A DNA stretch of 48,064 bases from Candidatus Aphodousia sp. (GCA_048520025.1 DBFZTP010000044.1:1-48064), one strand, 5' to 3'; counted from the stretch's first letter, positions 22,366 to 32,154 are shown. Numbers and translations: made by a program. The notes: generated by a model not told the origin, from the sequence alone.

Positions 22366-23805
22366 TTATTTTTTAAGGTCGATTGCAATAAAGATACGGG
22401 ATTGTTGGCGTTGGACCAACAAAGCGACTTTGTTGCTCTTTTGAATGGCCTTGGCTAAATCTTCAGCGGCCTTAACGGGTTTGCCGTTGGCACTTAAGAT
22501 TAAGTCTCGCGGCAGGAGACCGGCACGTGCAGCAGCACCACGGACTTCCGTGACCAATAAACCATGTTGCAAGTCGAGCTCTTCGAGTTCATCCTTTGAT
22601 AACGGGCGAACAGACACCCCTAATTTGCCAGCAGAGGCTTTCTCTTGAACCTTCATACCGTCTTCGCTCGGCGTTTCTGCAACAGTGACAGAGACATTTT
22701 CTTGTTTACCGTTACGCAAAATCGTCATCGTCGTTTTGGTGCCGGGGCGCATGGTCGAAATCTTGACCGGAATATCGTTGGCGTTCTTCACTTCTTGACC
22801 GTTAACGGCAATCAAGATGTCGCCCACTTGTAAGCCAGCCTTATCCGCAGGGCCATCCTTGTCAATTTGTGTGATGACAGCGCCCTTAGGCGTCTTCATA
22901 CCGAAGGCTTCTGCCAAATCTTGGGTAACCGCTTGGATGCCCACACCGATACGACCACGAATGACACGACCGTTTTTAATCAATTGGTCTTTGATTTCGA
23001 TGGCCAAGTCAATTGGGATGGAGAAAGAAAGCCCCATAAAGCCACCAGAGGTGGAGAAGATTTGGGAGTTAATCCCCACCACTTCGCCCCTCATGTTAAA
23101 GAGCGGGCCACCGGAGTTGCCGGGGTTAACAGCGACGTCCGTTTGAATAAAGGGAACGTATTGTTCAGACGGTAATTGACGGCTCTTGGCAGAGACGATA
23201 CCGGCCGTTACGGTGTTATCCAAACCGAAAGGAGAACCGATAGCGGCGACCCATTCGCCAACCTTCAAGTTTTCAGAAGAACCCATCTTCAAAACGGGCA
23301 AGTCTTTTGCTTCAATCTTGACAACAGCGATGTCCGTCTTTTTATCTAAGCCAATGACTTTGCCGGAGAATTCACGATTGTCCGTGAGACGAACTCGCAA
23401 CTCGTCAGCGCCTTCAACAACGTGGCAGTTCGTTAAGATGTAGCCGTCAGACGAAACAATAAAACCGGAACCCGTACCGCGTTGTTCAGGAATACGTTGT
23501 TCTTGAGGGCCAAACGGAATGATGGGAAAACCAAAGCGGCGGAAGAGTTCTTCGGTGCGCTTATCCAACAATTCGGGAAGTGGATTTTGAACGGTTTGTG
23601 TACGAGCGTTGCGAATGGTTGAGATGTTCACCACACCCTTGCCGTTTTCTTCAACGAGTTTGGTGAAATCGGGCAATGCTGCTTGGGTTTGCGTGTTATC
23701 GCTAGAGAATAACGAACCAACTTGAGCGTTAGCTACACTCGTCACACTAAATGCGGCCGCCATGGCAACCACTAAGGCCGCCGACTTAAAGGCACGACTT
23801 TTCAT
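22366..23805 (-). CDS. Periplasmic serine endoprotease, DegP/DegQ (HtrA) family with two PDZ domains
   Basis: Signal peptide, GSGFIV, TNCHVV, DIAVVK, GNSGGPL catalytic motif, two PDZ-like regions. Confidence 0.95.
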   Translation of the reverse strand: MKSRAFKSAALVVAMAAAFSVTSVANAQVGSLFSSDNTQTQAALPDFTKLVEENGKGVVNISTIRNARTQTVQNPLPELLDKRTEELFRRFGFPIIPFGPQEQRIPEQRGTGSGFIVSSDGYILTNCHVVEGADELRVRLTDNREFSGKVIGLDKKTDIAVVKIEAKDLPVLKMGSSENLKVGEWVAAIGSPFGLDNTVTAGIVSAKSRQLPSEQYVPFIQTDVAVNPGNSGGPLFNMRGEVVGINSQIFSTSGGFMGLSFSIPIDLAIEIKDQLIKNGRVIRGRIGVGIQAVTQDLAEAFGMKTPKGAVITQIDKDGPADKAGLQVGDILIAVNGQEVKNANDIPVKISTMRPGTKTTMTILRNGKQENVSVTVAETPSEDGMKVQEKASAGKLGVSVRPLSKDELEELDLQHGLLVTEVRGAAARAGLLPRDLILSANGKPVKAAEDLAKAIQKSNKVALLVQRQQSRIFIAIDLKK

Positions 23806-23925
23806 AATGAATTCCTATCTCCGAAAATAATCGAGAAAACTGTAACGTTAATACCGAAACAATAACGAAAATTCGTTCACTTTTGTTTTGCGGGTTGTTT
23901 CGGTACACCCTAATTTGTAACAAAG

Positions 23926-25239
23926 CTATTTTTCGATTGAAGGAAGGGTGATCTGCATGGACGTTCCCTGTCCATCAAGGCCTTCGGTAACACGGATCGT
24001 ACCGTGGTGAAGTTCAACGGCCCTTTTGACAATGGCCAATCCCAAACCATTACCTTGAGTTTTGGTGCCAAGAGAGCGGTAGAAGCGATCAAAAATCCGC
24101 TCTCGCTCTTCGGGGGCAATACCTGGGCCATTATCACTCACGGCAATAATGACTTGATTGTTTTCCTCTTTTGCACTTAAAACGATACGACCTTGGGGTT
24201 GGGTATAACGAATAGCGTTGTCGCAAAGATTAATTAGCAATAACTTTAAAACGTCTTCAATACCAGAAACCGTCGTTGCCTTGGCATCGACTTCAATCTG
24301 AATGTCTTTTTGGTGAGCTAAAACCATCAATTCTTCCGAAACGCTTCGCAAAATATGCTCTACATCCACACTGACAAAGGGTTTGGAATGTGCGTCAGGA
24401 TCCAATCGAGCAACGGTTAAGAGCTGTTGCACCAAACCAGTGGCTCGATCAATGCCTGCGTGCAAGCGTGAGAAAGCCTTTTGTTGTGCTTCGGGCGTTT
24501 TTGCGCGCTCAGCCAATTGCACTTGGAGTTTGAGGGCCGTTAAAGGCGTGCGCAATTCATGTGCGGCGTCAGAGGCAAAGCGCTTTTGAATTTCTAAGCT
24601 TTCATTAAGACGAGCTAAGAGTTCATTGAGAGCTTCGACGAGTTTTAAGACTTCGTTGGGAAGACCTTGTGTTGGAATGGGCTCAAGCGAAGTGGGAGAG
24701 CGTGTTGCAACGATTTTAGCCGTGCGATTAAGTGTGGCCAAACCTTGCGTTACCAATAACCAAATGGCGATCGCAAGAAACGGCAACAAAAGAATCAACG
24801 GCTGAAGGATGTGCAGGGCCGTTGTAAAGGCCAATTTCACCCGAACACTAGCGGGTTGAGCCGTAATCACGGAGAGTTCATTACTGATGTGATGAACATA
24901 GGCTCGCCACGCCGTTCCTTCATGCAAAATATTGGCATAACCAGAGTTTTGAGGCACTGGAATAGGTTCTGTTAGCCCTTCAGAAAATTTAATTTGATTG
25001 GTTTTCTCGTTATGAATCTGAATGACCACGGGGTTATCTGTGGCTTGATTGATTCGTAAGGGGTAGGCTGCCCAATCTTTGTTAGAGCCAACGGAAAGTG
25101 CGATTTGGCGCAATTCAATATCCAAAAAGCGATTGACTTCAGAACGAGCCGAAGTAAATGTCATGTAGGTAGCAGCAATGCCAGCTAATACAAGGCAAAT
25201 ACAAAACGTCCATAAAAGTCGATCGCGAATGGAATACAT
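23926..25239 (-). CDS. Sensor histidine kinase (QseC/PmrB-like)
   Basis: Two TM segments, HAMP, DAAHELRTPL H-box, NLCDNAIRY, DNGPGI, GLGLAIV. Confidence 0.93.
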   Translation of the reverse strand: MYSIRDRLLWTFCICLVLAGIAATYMTFTSARSEVNRFLDIELRQIALSVGSNKDWAAYPLRINQATDNPVVIQIHNEKTNQIKFSEGLTEPIPVPQNSGYANILHEGTAWRAYVHHISNELSVITAQPASVRVKLAFTTALHILQPLILLLPFLAIAIWLLVTQGLATLNRTAKIVATRSPTSLEPIPTQGLPNEVLKLVEALNELLARLNESLEIQKRFASDAAHELRTPLTALKLQVQLAERAKTPEAQQKAFSRLHAGIDRATGLVQQLLTVARLDPDAHSKPFVSVDVEHILRSVSEELMVLAHQKDIQIEVDAKATTVSGIEDVLKLLLINLCDNAIRYTQPQGRIVLSAKEENNQVIIAVSDNGPGIAPEERERIFDRFYRSLGTKTQGNGLGLAIVKRAVELHHGTIRVTEGLDGQGTSMQITLPSIEK

Positions 25240-25241
25240 GA

Positions 25242-25898
25242 TTAGGCCTCAAGGATGTAGCCTACGCCACGAACCGTTTTAATCGCGTTTTCGCTGAGTT
25301 TTTTGCGAAGGTGGTGAATGTGCACTTCGATGGCGTTACTACCCACAGACGTATCCCAACTGTAAAGACGCTCTTCCAATTGAGCACGAGAAAGAACAAG
25401 ACCTGGGCGTTCAGCTAAGGCCAATAAAAGGGCAAATTCTTTGCCGGATAAAAGTACTTGGTTGCCGTCATAAATGACTTCGTGCGTGGCCGGTTTAATT
25501 TGAAGGCGTCCCCGCTCGATGGAGGGGGTTGCTCGACCGGCCGAGCGACGCAATAGGGCTCTGACACGGGCAAAAAGCTCGTCTAAGTCAAAGGGTTTAA
25601 TGAGATAGTCATCAGCACCTGCGTCAAGCCCCTTCACACGATCTTCCACCGTATCACGAGCGGTCGTAACTAAGACCGGTGTGAGGTTGTGGTCTGCACG
25701 CAACTCTTGCAAAACACGAATACCGTCTTTGCCGGGCAATCCCAGATCCAAAACAACAAGAGAAAATTCTGTCGTTCGCAAAGCCAAGAGGGCAGAGTTG
25801 CCGTCTTGAACCCAATCCACAGCGTAGCCTTCATCGCTTAAGCCGTCAACAACGCCTTCACCGATCATCGGATCGTCTTCGACTAACAAAATTCTCAC
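25242..25898 (-). CDS. OmpR-family response regulator (QseB/PmrA-like)
   Basis: LLVEDD, LDLGLP, GADDYLIKPF, SNAIEVHIHHLRKKL, TVRGVGY; GTG start. Confidence 0.94.
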   Translation of the reverse strand: MRILLVEDDPMIGEGVVDGLSDEGYAVDWVQDGNSALLALRTTEFSLVVLDLGLPGKDGIRVLQELRADHNLTPVLVTTARDTVEDRVKGLDAGADDYLIKPFDLDELFARVRALLRRSAGRATPSIERGRLQIKPATHEVIYDGNQVLLSGKEFALLLALAERPGLVLSRAQLEERLYSWDTSVGSNAIEVHIHHLRKKLSENAIKTVRGVGYILEA

Positions 25899-26011
25899 GG
25901 GACTGCTTCCTTAAAAAGACTTACAAAACGTAGGGTATATTTTGCACGATTGGTGCACTTTTGTGCTACCTTTGTTACATGGATGTTTTTGTTTTTTAAG
26001 GCCGAAAAAGA

Positions 26012-26434
26012 ATGTCAGATATTGTCCCTCAACAAAATCAAAGTGGTTCGAACAATAGTTTGTTGTTCATTACTCAATTGGTCTACGTGCTTCATGGTTT
26101 GAGCATTGTGATCGGATTGATGACGGGTGCAACCATTATCTCCGCCTTTTTGTTTGGTTGGCCCTCCATTGCGGCCGTGGTGCTCAATTATGTGAAGGCA
26201 CCCGATGCTCGTGGAACCTTTTTAGAATCCCACTTTTCATGGCAAATTCGTACCTTTTGGTACGGAATGGCTTGGACGGGCTTAGTGATGATCGCAGGTG
26301 TCGTACTGACGCCCTTTGTGGTCGGTCCTCTTATTTGGTTAGGCGGCTTTTTGGTGCTGAGTATTTGGGTCGCTTACCGCATTATTTTTGGTTGGATGCG
26401 CTTGCGTCAATACCGACCGGTTTTCTCCGATTAG
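26012..26434 (+). CDS. Small membrane protein (DUF4870-like)
   Basis: NYVK..DARGTFLESHFSWQIRTFW and W..YRII.GW motifs, three TM segments. Confidence 0.75.
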   Translation: MSDIVPQQNQSGSNNSLLFITQLVYVLHGLSIVIGLMTGATIISAFLFGWPSIAAVVLNYVKAPDARGTFLESHFSWQIRTFWYGMAWTGLVMIAGVVLTPFVVGPLIWLGGFLVLSIWVAYRIIFGWMRLRQYRPVFSD

Positions 26435-26458
26435 TGATCAAATAAGGATCAAACCTCG

Positions 26459-26487
26459 AAAAACTCCACCGTTTGGTGGAGTTTTTT
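26459..26487 (+). terminator. Rho-independent terminator
   Basis: AAAAACTCCACC-GTTT-GGTGGAGTTTTTT. Confidence 0.88.
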
Positions 26488-26664
26488 CGCAAGTAGATTA
26501 GGCTATTCAGGTTAGTATTAGGGTTTCTACCTAATTTTGATGTCGTTTTTAGCTATTGAAAATCAGCAAAATGCATAACGTTTTTCATTTAGTGCATTGA
26601 TTGCAAAGCAAAGACGCATCATTGCACCCTAGCTTAATTCTTATTTTCTCTTGGAGAGAGTCAA

Positions 26665-27990
26665 ATGTCTTTGATCAAAAAGAGTGCTGCCGGTTTAGTG
26701 TTGACTGCTGCCGCTGCTGCTACGTCTGCTGCTTTTGCAGCCGGTTTCCAATTAACAGAACAATCTTCTTTGGGGCTCGGTCGTGCTTACGCTGGTGCCG
26801 GTATCGTGGGTGATGACTTGTCTGCTGTTCACTACAACCCCGCTGGTATGGTGTTGTTGCCGGGCGTTCAAATGCAAGCCGGTGGTGTTTGGATTGCTGT
26901 TGACGCTCCGTTTAAGGGTAAAGATTTTGCTGGCAATAGCGTTGAAGAAAACGGTCGTTTGAAAGGTCAAATGATTCCGGCCGGTTACATCACGCGTCAA
27001 GTTAACGACCAATTGTGGTTGGGCTTTGCCATGACGGTTCCGTTTGGTATGGGTACGCAATATGACGAAGATTGGGCTTTCAATCAACGTGGTACGGACT
27101 CCAAGATCTACACGTTCGATATGAACCCGAGCTTTGCCTATAAGATGAATGATTTCATCAGCTTCGGCGGTGGTATTTCCGTTCAATACGCAAAGGCAGA
27201 ATTGGGTATGCGTATGAAGAATCCGCTTGATGGATCCGACATTGCACAGGCAGATGTTGAAGGTGATAGCTGGGATTGGGGCTACAACTTCGGCGTGATG
27301 ATTAGCCCGACGGATAAGCTTCGTTTCGGTTTGTCTTATCGCTCTTCCATCGAACATGACGCTTCTGGTACAACGGATGTTTCCCTTAGTAAGACTTTTG
27401 TAGAAGGACTTAACCCAGCATTGCAATCTATTGCGGGAGCTGGAGTTTTTACCATGAACTCAGATGTCACGATTGAAACGCCCGATACCGTCATGTTAAC
27501 GGGCACGTGGGAAGCTACGGAAAAGTTACGTCTTTCTGGTTTGATTCGTTGGGCAAATTGGTCTAATTTCAAGAGCTTGAAGTTACAAAATAGCGGAGCC
27601 ATCGTAAATTTAGGGCCTACCTTGGGTATGCCTATCGATGAAGTTGAAGTTAAAAACAACTGGGAAGACACTTGGCTTTTCTCTGTTGGCGCCGACTATA
27701 AGTTGAACAACAGTTGGACGGTTCGTGGGGGTATCGCTTACGAAATGGATCCGATTGATGATCAAACGACGCGTATGGCCGCTATTCCGGATACCGATCG
27801 CCTTTGGTTGACGTTGGGCTCTACCTACAAGTACAACGATGATTTGCAATTTGACGTTGGCGCTGCCTACTTGAAGGGTATTGGTGACAAGGATCTCTAC
27901 AGCCATCAAGGCGCTGGTGCTATCAAGGTTGGCGAATACGACAAGTTGGACTGCTACATGGTTGGCGTTCAAATGCAATATCGCTTCTAA
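26665..27990 (+). CDS. OmpP1/FadL family outer membrane transporter
   Basis: Signal peptide then AGFQLTEQS..GLGRAYAG, NPAG, IPDTDRLW, C-terminal YRF. Confidence 0.93.
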   Translation: MSLIKKSAAGLVLTAAAAATSAAFAAGFQLTEQSSLGLGRAYAGAGIVGDDLSAVHYNPAGMVLLPGVQMQAGGVWIAVDAPFKGKDFAGNSVEENGRLKGQMIPAGYITRQVNDQLWLGFAMTVPFGMGTQYDEDWAFNQRGTDSKIYTFDMNPSFAYKMNDFISFGGGISVQYAKAELGMRMKNPLDGSDIAQADVEGDSWDWGYNFGVMISPTDKLRFGLSYRSSIEHDASGTTDVSLSKTFVEGLNPALQSIAGAGVFTMNSDVTIETPDTVMLTGTWEATEKLRLSGLIRWANWSNFKSLKLQNSGAIVNLGPTLGMPIDEVEVKNNWEDTWLFSVGADYKLNNSWTVRGGIAYEMDPIDDQTTRMAAIPDTDRLWLTLGSTYKYNDDLQFDVGAAYLKGIGDKDLYSHQGAGAIKVGEYDKLDCYMVGVQMQYRF

Positions 27991-28023
27991 TTGCACCTAA
28001 ATTAAGTCAGACGGCTTAATCGT

Positions 28024-28061
28024 AGCCAGGTTCTTCGAAAGGGGAATCTGGCTTTTGTTTT
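28024..28061 (+). terminator. Rho-independent terminator
   Basis: AGCCAGGTTCTT...GGGAATCTGGCT followed by TTTGTTTT. Confidence 0.75.
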
Positions 28062-28105
28062 ACTAAGCGACTAATATAGCGACGGATTTAAAGGAATTTT
28101 CTCTT

Positions 28106-28660
28106 ATGGCTCTTGGCGCAACCATCTATAAAGCATCCATCGATATCTCGGACATTGACCGCAGTTATTACGGCAGTCACTTGTGCACGCTTGCTCGTCA
28201 CCCTTCGGAAACGGAAGAGCGATTGGCTGTGCGCTTATTGACCTTTTGTCTTTTTGTGGGTGAAACCGATATGCGCTTGGAGTTTGGGCGAGGCCTTTCC
28301 ACGGAAGGCGAGCCCGCTCTTTGGGAAATTGATGATACGGGTCGTGTCGCTCGCTGGATTGAAGTGGGAGTGCCTGATATCAAACAAATCCGAAAGTCAG
28401 CCGGTCGTAGCGATGAAGTTATTGTCGTAGCCTACGGAGAAGACCGTTTAGAGCCTTGGTGGCAACAAAACATGAGCGATATGCGTAAAGTTGCCAAACT
28501 GTCTGTTGCTAAGGTGTTGGATCATGAAGTGGCAACGCTTGCCAAACTCATGAGTCGCACAATGCAATTATCCGTCACGGTGCAAGACGGGGTTGTGTGG
28601 ATTTCCGATAGCGTCAATACGGCGCAAATTCAGCTTCATTGGCTTTTGCGTCGAGATTGA
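28106..28660 (+). CDS. yaeQ: YaeQ family protein
   Basis: MALGATIYKA..DIDR.YY, ARHPSETEER, GLST..EPALW, WIEVGVPD. Confidence 0.92.
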   Translation: MALGATIYKASIDISDIDRSYYGSHLCTLARHPSETEERLAVRLLTFCLFVGETDMRLEFGRGLSTEGEPALWEIDDTGRVARWIEVGVPDIKQIRKSAGRSDEVIVVAYGEDRLEPWWQQNMSDMRKVAKLSVAKVLDHEVATLAKLMSRTMQLSVTVQDGVVWISDSVNTAQIQLHWLLRRD

Positions 28661-28664
28661 TCGG

Positions 28665-28934
28665 TTAGAAGAAAATTTGAATCGTGCCGATCGCAATCAA
28701 AGGCCAAGCCACGATCGGAGAAAAGATAATTTTGAGGATCGGGTGTTGGGGAACGAACCCAAACCCATAAACGTAAGCGGCGCTCATTCCCATCAATAAG
28801 CAAACGAGCCATCCGTGCGGGACCGAGTGCATATCAAGGGCAATCGCTCGAGGGTAAAGCGTTACCCCCACCGTGACGGCAATGGCCGCCACGATGGAAA
28901 TAAAGCGAGCGAAAAAGATTCCAATCCCTTTCAT
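28665..28934 (-). CDS. ybgE: cyd operon membrane protein YbgE
   Basis: YVYGFGFVP motif, three TM segments, last gene of the cyd operon. Confidence 0.8.
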   Translation of the reverse strand: MKGIGIFFARFISIVAAIAVTVGVTLYPRAIALDMHSVPHGWLVCLLMGMSAAYVYGFGFVPQHPILKIIFSPIVAWPLIAIGTIQIFF

Positions 28935-29041
28935 TACTTGTCGTGTTTTTCTTCACTATGGGTGAATTCATAGTGAGAGGCCATCATGACACTTGCGACG
29001 ATGGCTAACATCAGACCGACAAACCAGTAAATGTAAAACAT
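28934..29041 (-). CDS. cydX: Cytochrome bd small subunit CydX (35 aa; absent from the ORF track)
   Basis: Hand translation MFYIYWFVGLMLAIVASVMMASHYEFTHSEEKHDK; GAGGAG RBS; Y-x-x-W-x-x-G pattern; TAATG overlap with ybgE. Confidence 0.88.
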   Translation of the reverse strand: MFYIYWFVGLMLAIVASVMMASHYEFTHSEEKHDK

Positions 29042-29053
29042 GCATTTCTCCTC

Positions 29054-30193
29054 TTAGTAGAGCGTCTTGTCGTTTTCTTTAATGTATTGAACCGTCAATT
29101 TGCCACTCATGACCTTATAGGCCCAGCTCGTGTAGATGAGCACCAAGGGTAAGAAAATCAACGTCACAATAAACATCACTTGTAAGGTGAGTTGAGAGCT
29201 TGTGCAGTCCCAAATCGTTAAAGACGACACTAAGTGACTCGAAGAAGGCAACACGAACGGGAACATCGCAATCAAGGGCGTGAGCACAATGCAAAGGATG
29301 CTGATGGCCGAGCTAATGACGGCCGTCAAAGGTTTCCAAACATATTGGCTCAAAGTACCGAGGCCTGCAGCAATAATGGCTAAAGCAGGCACGGCATAAA
29401 GGGCCGGGTATTGTCTAAAGTTCGTAAACCAAGCGCCTTCTTCCATGACCACCGACTTTGCCAAAGGATTGGCAACACCAGCCGGATCCAAGTGAGAAGC
29501 GATGTAACCCGGGATGCCGTAGTAAACCCAAATGCCACCAATGGCAAATAAGAGCAACGTGACGGCACCGGCAACAATCCCCACTTTGCGAGCACGGGCT
29601 TGTAATTCACCCGAGGTGCGAAGCAAAAGATAGTTGGCGCCGTGAAAGACCGTCATCGCAATGGAAACAACGCCGCAGAGCAGGGCAAAGGGATTTAACA
29701 ATGCCCAGAAGCTTCCCGTATAGGTCGAGCGCAAGGTTTCATCAAAGTGAAACGGTACGCCTTGGAGCATATTGCCAAAAGCCACACCAAAAATGATGGG
29801 AGGCACAAAGCTTCCGATGAAAAGTGCCCAGTCCCAAGAGGAACGCCACTTTTGTGCGGGTACCCGGCTGCGATAATCAAAGGCAACGGGGCGCAGGATT
29901 AAGGCGGCCAAGACGATAAACAAAGCCCAGTAAAGGCCGGAGAAGGCCGTTGCGTAGACCAAGGGCCATGCGGCAAAGATGGCACCACCACCCGTCAACA
30001 ACCAAACTTGGTTGCCGTCCCAGTGGGGAGCTACGGTATTGATCATGATGCGGCGTTCGGTATCCGTTTTGCCCAAGAAGGGTAAAAGGGTACCCACCCC
30101 CATGTCCTGACCATCCATAACGGCAAAACCGACCAACAATACACCGATAAAGAGCCACCAGATCAGTTTGAGAATTTCATAATCGATCAACAT
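29054..30193 (-). CDS. cydB: Cytochrome bd oxidase subunit II
   Basis: MDGQDMGVG, PHWDGNQVWL, YTSWAYKVM; 379 aa. Confidence 0.97.
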   Translation of the reverse strand: MLIDYEILKLIWWLFIGVLLVGFAVMDGQDMGVGTLLPFLGKTDTERRIMINTVAPHWDGNQVWLLTGGGAIFAAWPLVYATAFSGLYWALFIVLAALILRPVAFDYRSRVPAQKWRSSWDWALFIGSFVPPIIFGVAFGNMLQGVPFHFDETLRSTYTGSFWALLNPFALLCGVVSIAMTVFHGANYLLLRTSGELQARARKVGIVAGAVTLLLFAIGGIWVYYGIPGYIASHLDPAGVANPLAKSVVMEEGAWFTNFRQYPALYAVPALAIIAAGLGTLSQYVWKPLTAVISSAISILCIVLTPLIAMFPFVLPSSSHLVSSLTIWDCTSSQLTLQVMFIVTLIFLPLVLIYTSWAYKVMSGKLTVQYIKENDKTLY

Positions 30194-30199
30194 TTGTGT

Positions 30200-31768
30200 T
30201 TACTCCTTATCAGCACTGACTTTTTGTTCAAAGTAGTAGCGGCCCGTGCCCAACAAACTGGGGCCGGTCTTAACCAAGCGAACCATCAACCACATTTCTA
30301 CAACCAATAAGGCGGAGTAGAGCAAGACAAAACCAATCAAAGAACCGGTAACGCTCGCCACGGAGAGCGTAGACGTTGAGAGGTGAACCGGCAAGACTTC
30401 ATAGATACTCCAAGGTTGGCGACCGTATTCGGCCACCATCCAGCCTAATTCACAGGCAATCCACGGTAAGGGCAATGCCACAAAGGCGGCACGAAGCAAC
30501 CACGTGCGGTTGGCAATGACATCTTTGAAGGAATAGTAAAGACTCAAACCAAAGATAAAGAGAAGGGCTAAGCCACAACCCACCATGGCACGGAATCCCC
30601 AGAACATAATATTGACGTTCGGGATCGTATCAAGGGCGGCCTGTTCAATCATCTCGGGCGTTGCACGACTGGGTTCATTGGTGTACTTATGCAAAAGCAT
30701 GCCGTAGCCCAAGTCTTTTTCATATTGCTTGAAACGCTCCTGTAAAACCAGTTGCGAGGGATCACGGCGAAGGGCCGAGAGCGTTTCTAAGGCCACGATA
30801 CCGTTTTGGATGCGGGCTTTATTTTGAGCAACGAGCTCTTTGATGCCGATGATTTCAGTATCCAAGGAGCGAGTCGCAATGATGCCAAAAAGCCATGGGA
30901 TTTCGACATTGGCGCGCGTGATTTGTTCCTTTTCATCAGGAAAACCGAAAACGGTCATCGGAGCGGGCGCGGGGTGCGTTTCCCAAACAGCTTCCATTGA
31001 GGCCATCTTTGCGGGTTGATCGCGAGCAACCAGGTAACCGGATTCATCACCTAAATGAATGGTGAAGATGGAAACGATTAAACCAAAGGTGGCTGCCAAA
31101 CGGAAAGAGCGCTTAGCAAATTCCATGTCACGACCTTTGAGGATGTACCAAGCAGAAATGGCTAAAACAAAGGCGGCACCGGTCATGTAACCAGCAGAGA
31201 TCGTGTGGCCGAATTTCGCTTGAGCCCAAGGACTCAAAATGACAGCGAAAAAGTCCGTCATTTCCATACGCATCGTTTGGAAATTAAAGGAAGAACCCGT
31301 GGGGTACTGCATCCAAGCGTTAGCAATCAAAATCCATAAGGCGGACAAGTTGGAGCCGATGGCCATAAAGAACGTCACTAAAAAGTGAGTCCCTTTCTTT
31401 AAGCGCTTCCAACCAAAGAAGAAAAGCCCGATGAAGGTGGATTCCAAGAAAAAGGCCATAAGCCCTTCAATGGCAAGCGGAGCCCCGAAAATATCCCCCA
31501 CATAGTGAGAGTAATAGGCCCAGTTGGTGCCGAATTGGAATTCCATGGTAATCCCAGTGGCAACCCCTAAGGCAAAGTTAATACCAAAGAGTTTGCCCCA
31601 GAATTTGGTCATATCCTTATAGACTTCGCGACCTGTGATCAAGTAGCAAGCTTCCATGACCACCAAAAGGAAAGATAAGCCCAAGGTCAGGGGAACGAAG
31701 ATAAAGTGGTACATCGACGTTAATGCAAACTGCAAACGCGAAAGGTCCACTAATTCAGAGGAAATCAT
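30200..31768 (-). CDS. cydA: Cytochrome bd oxidase subunit I (long Q-loop type)
   Basis: [42 protein letters not shown]; 522 aa. Confidence 0.98.
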   Translation of the reverse strand: MISSELVDLSRLQFALTSMYHFIFVPLTLGLSFLLVVMEACYLITGREVYKDMTKFWGKLFGINFALGVATGITMEFQFGTNWAYYSHYVGDIFGAPLAIEGLMAFFLESTFIGLFFFGWKRLKKGTHFLVTFFMAIGSNLSALWILIANAWMQYPTGSSFNFQTMRMEMTDFFAVILSPWAQAKFGHTISAGYMTGAAFVLAISAWYILKGRDMEFAKRSFRLAATFGLIVSIFTIHLGDESGYLVARDQPAKMASMEAVWETHPAPAPMTVFGFPDEKEQITRANVEIPWLFGIIATRSLDTEIIGIKELVAQNKARIQNGIVALETLSALRRDPSQLVLQERFKQYEKDLGYGMLLHKYTNEPSRATPEMIEQAALDTIPNVNIMFWGFRAMVGCGLALLFIFGLSLYYSFKDVIANRTWLLRAAFVALPLPWIACELGWMVAEYGRQPWSIYEVLPVHLSTSTLSVASVTGSLIGFVLLYSALLVVEMWLMVRLVKTGPSLLGTGRYYFEQKVSADKE

Positions 31769-31827
31769 GTCTTGTCCTTTTTTTTAAGACTTATGATTGG
31801 TTAATGCTTGGCAAAATCCCAATGAAT

Positions 31828-32037
31828 TTAGGGGTTATTGGGATTGGGTGCCTTGCCTTGTTCGGTCAATAAAAGTCGTTGGCTAACGACCTCATCATTG
31901 ACCGAGATGCGATTGTCCGAACCAAAGAACAAAAAGCCCAGGCAAGCAATAATGGCAATTTTGCAAGCCAGAGCTAATGCGACATTGCGCGTAAGGCGCT
32001 TGTCAGAGTGAATGGTCTTCAATTTTTTGTTCGGCAT
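31828..32037 (-). CDS. Putative small cytochrome bd-associated membrane protein (CydP-like)
   Basis: 69 aa, basic N-terminus, one TM segment with an internal Lys, directly upstream of cydA on the same strand. Confidence 0.7.
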   Translation of the reverse strand: MPNKKLKTIHSDKRLTRNVALALACKIAIIACLGFLFFGSDNRISVNDEVVSQRLLLTEQGKAPNPNNP

Positions 32038-32108
32038 GGGTTAAGGATACCGAAAACCACGAGTTTGGAGCGAAACATTGTAAGAAAAACGCTGAAAACT
32101 ATCACACC

Positions 32109-32144
32109 CATAGAAAAAGCGAGCAGATGCTCGCTTTTTCTATG
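32109..32144 (-). terminator. Terminator downstream of the DUF1801-like gene
   Basis: CATAGAAAAAGCGAGCA-GA-TGCTCGCTTTTTCTATG perfect inverted repeat. Confidence 0.85.
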
Positions 32145-32154
32145 AGAAGTTGAA

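Noticed and set aside
25900..25930. CTTAA-N5-CTTAC as a PmrA/QseB box
   Set aside because: 10 bp period rather than the expected 11, and it abuts the RBS region; too weak to call
32038..32108. FNR box upstream of the cyd operon
   Set aside because: No TTGAT-N4-ATCAA match found by eye
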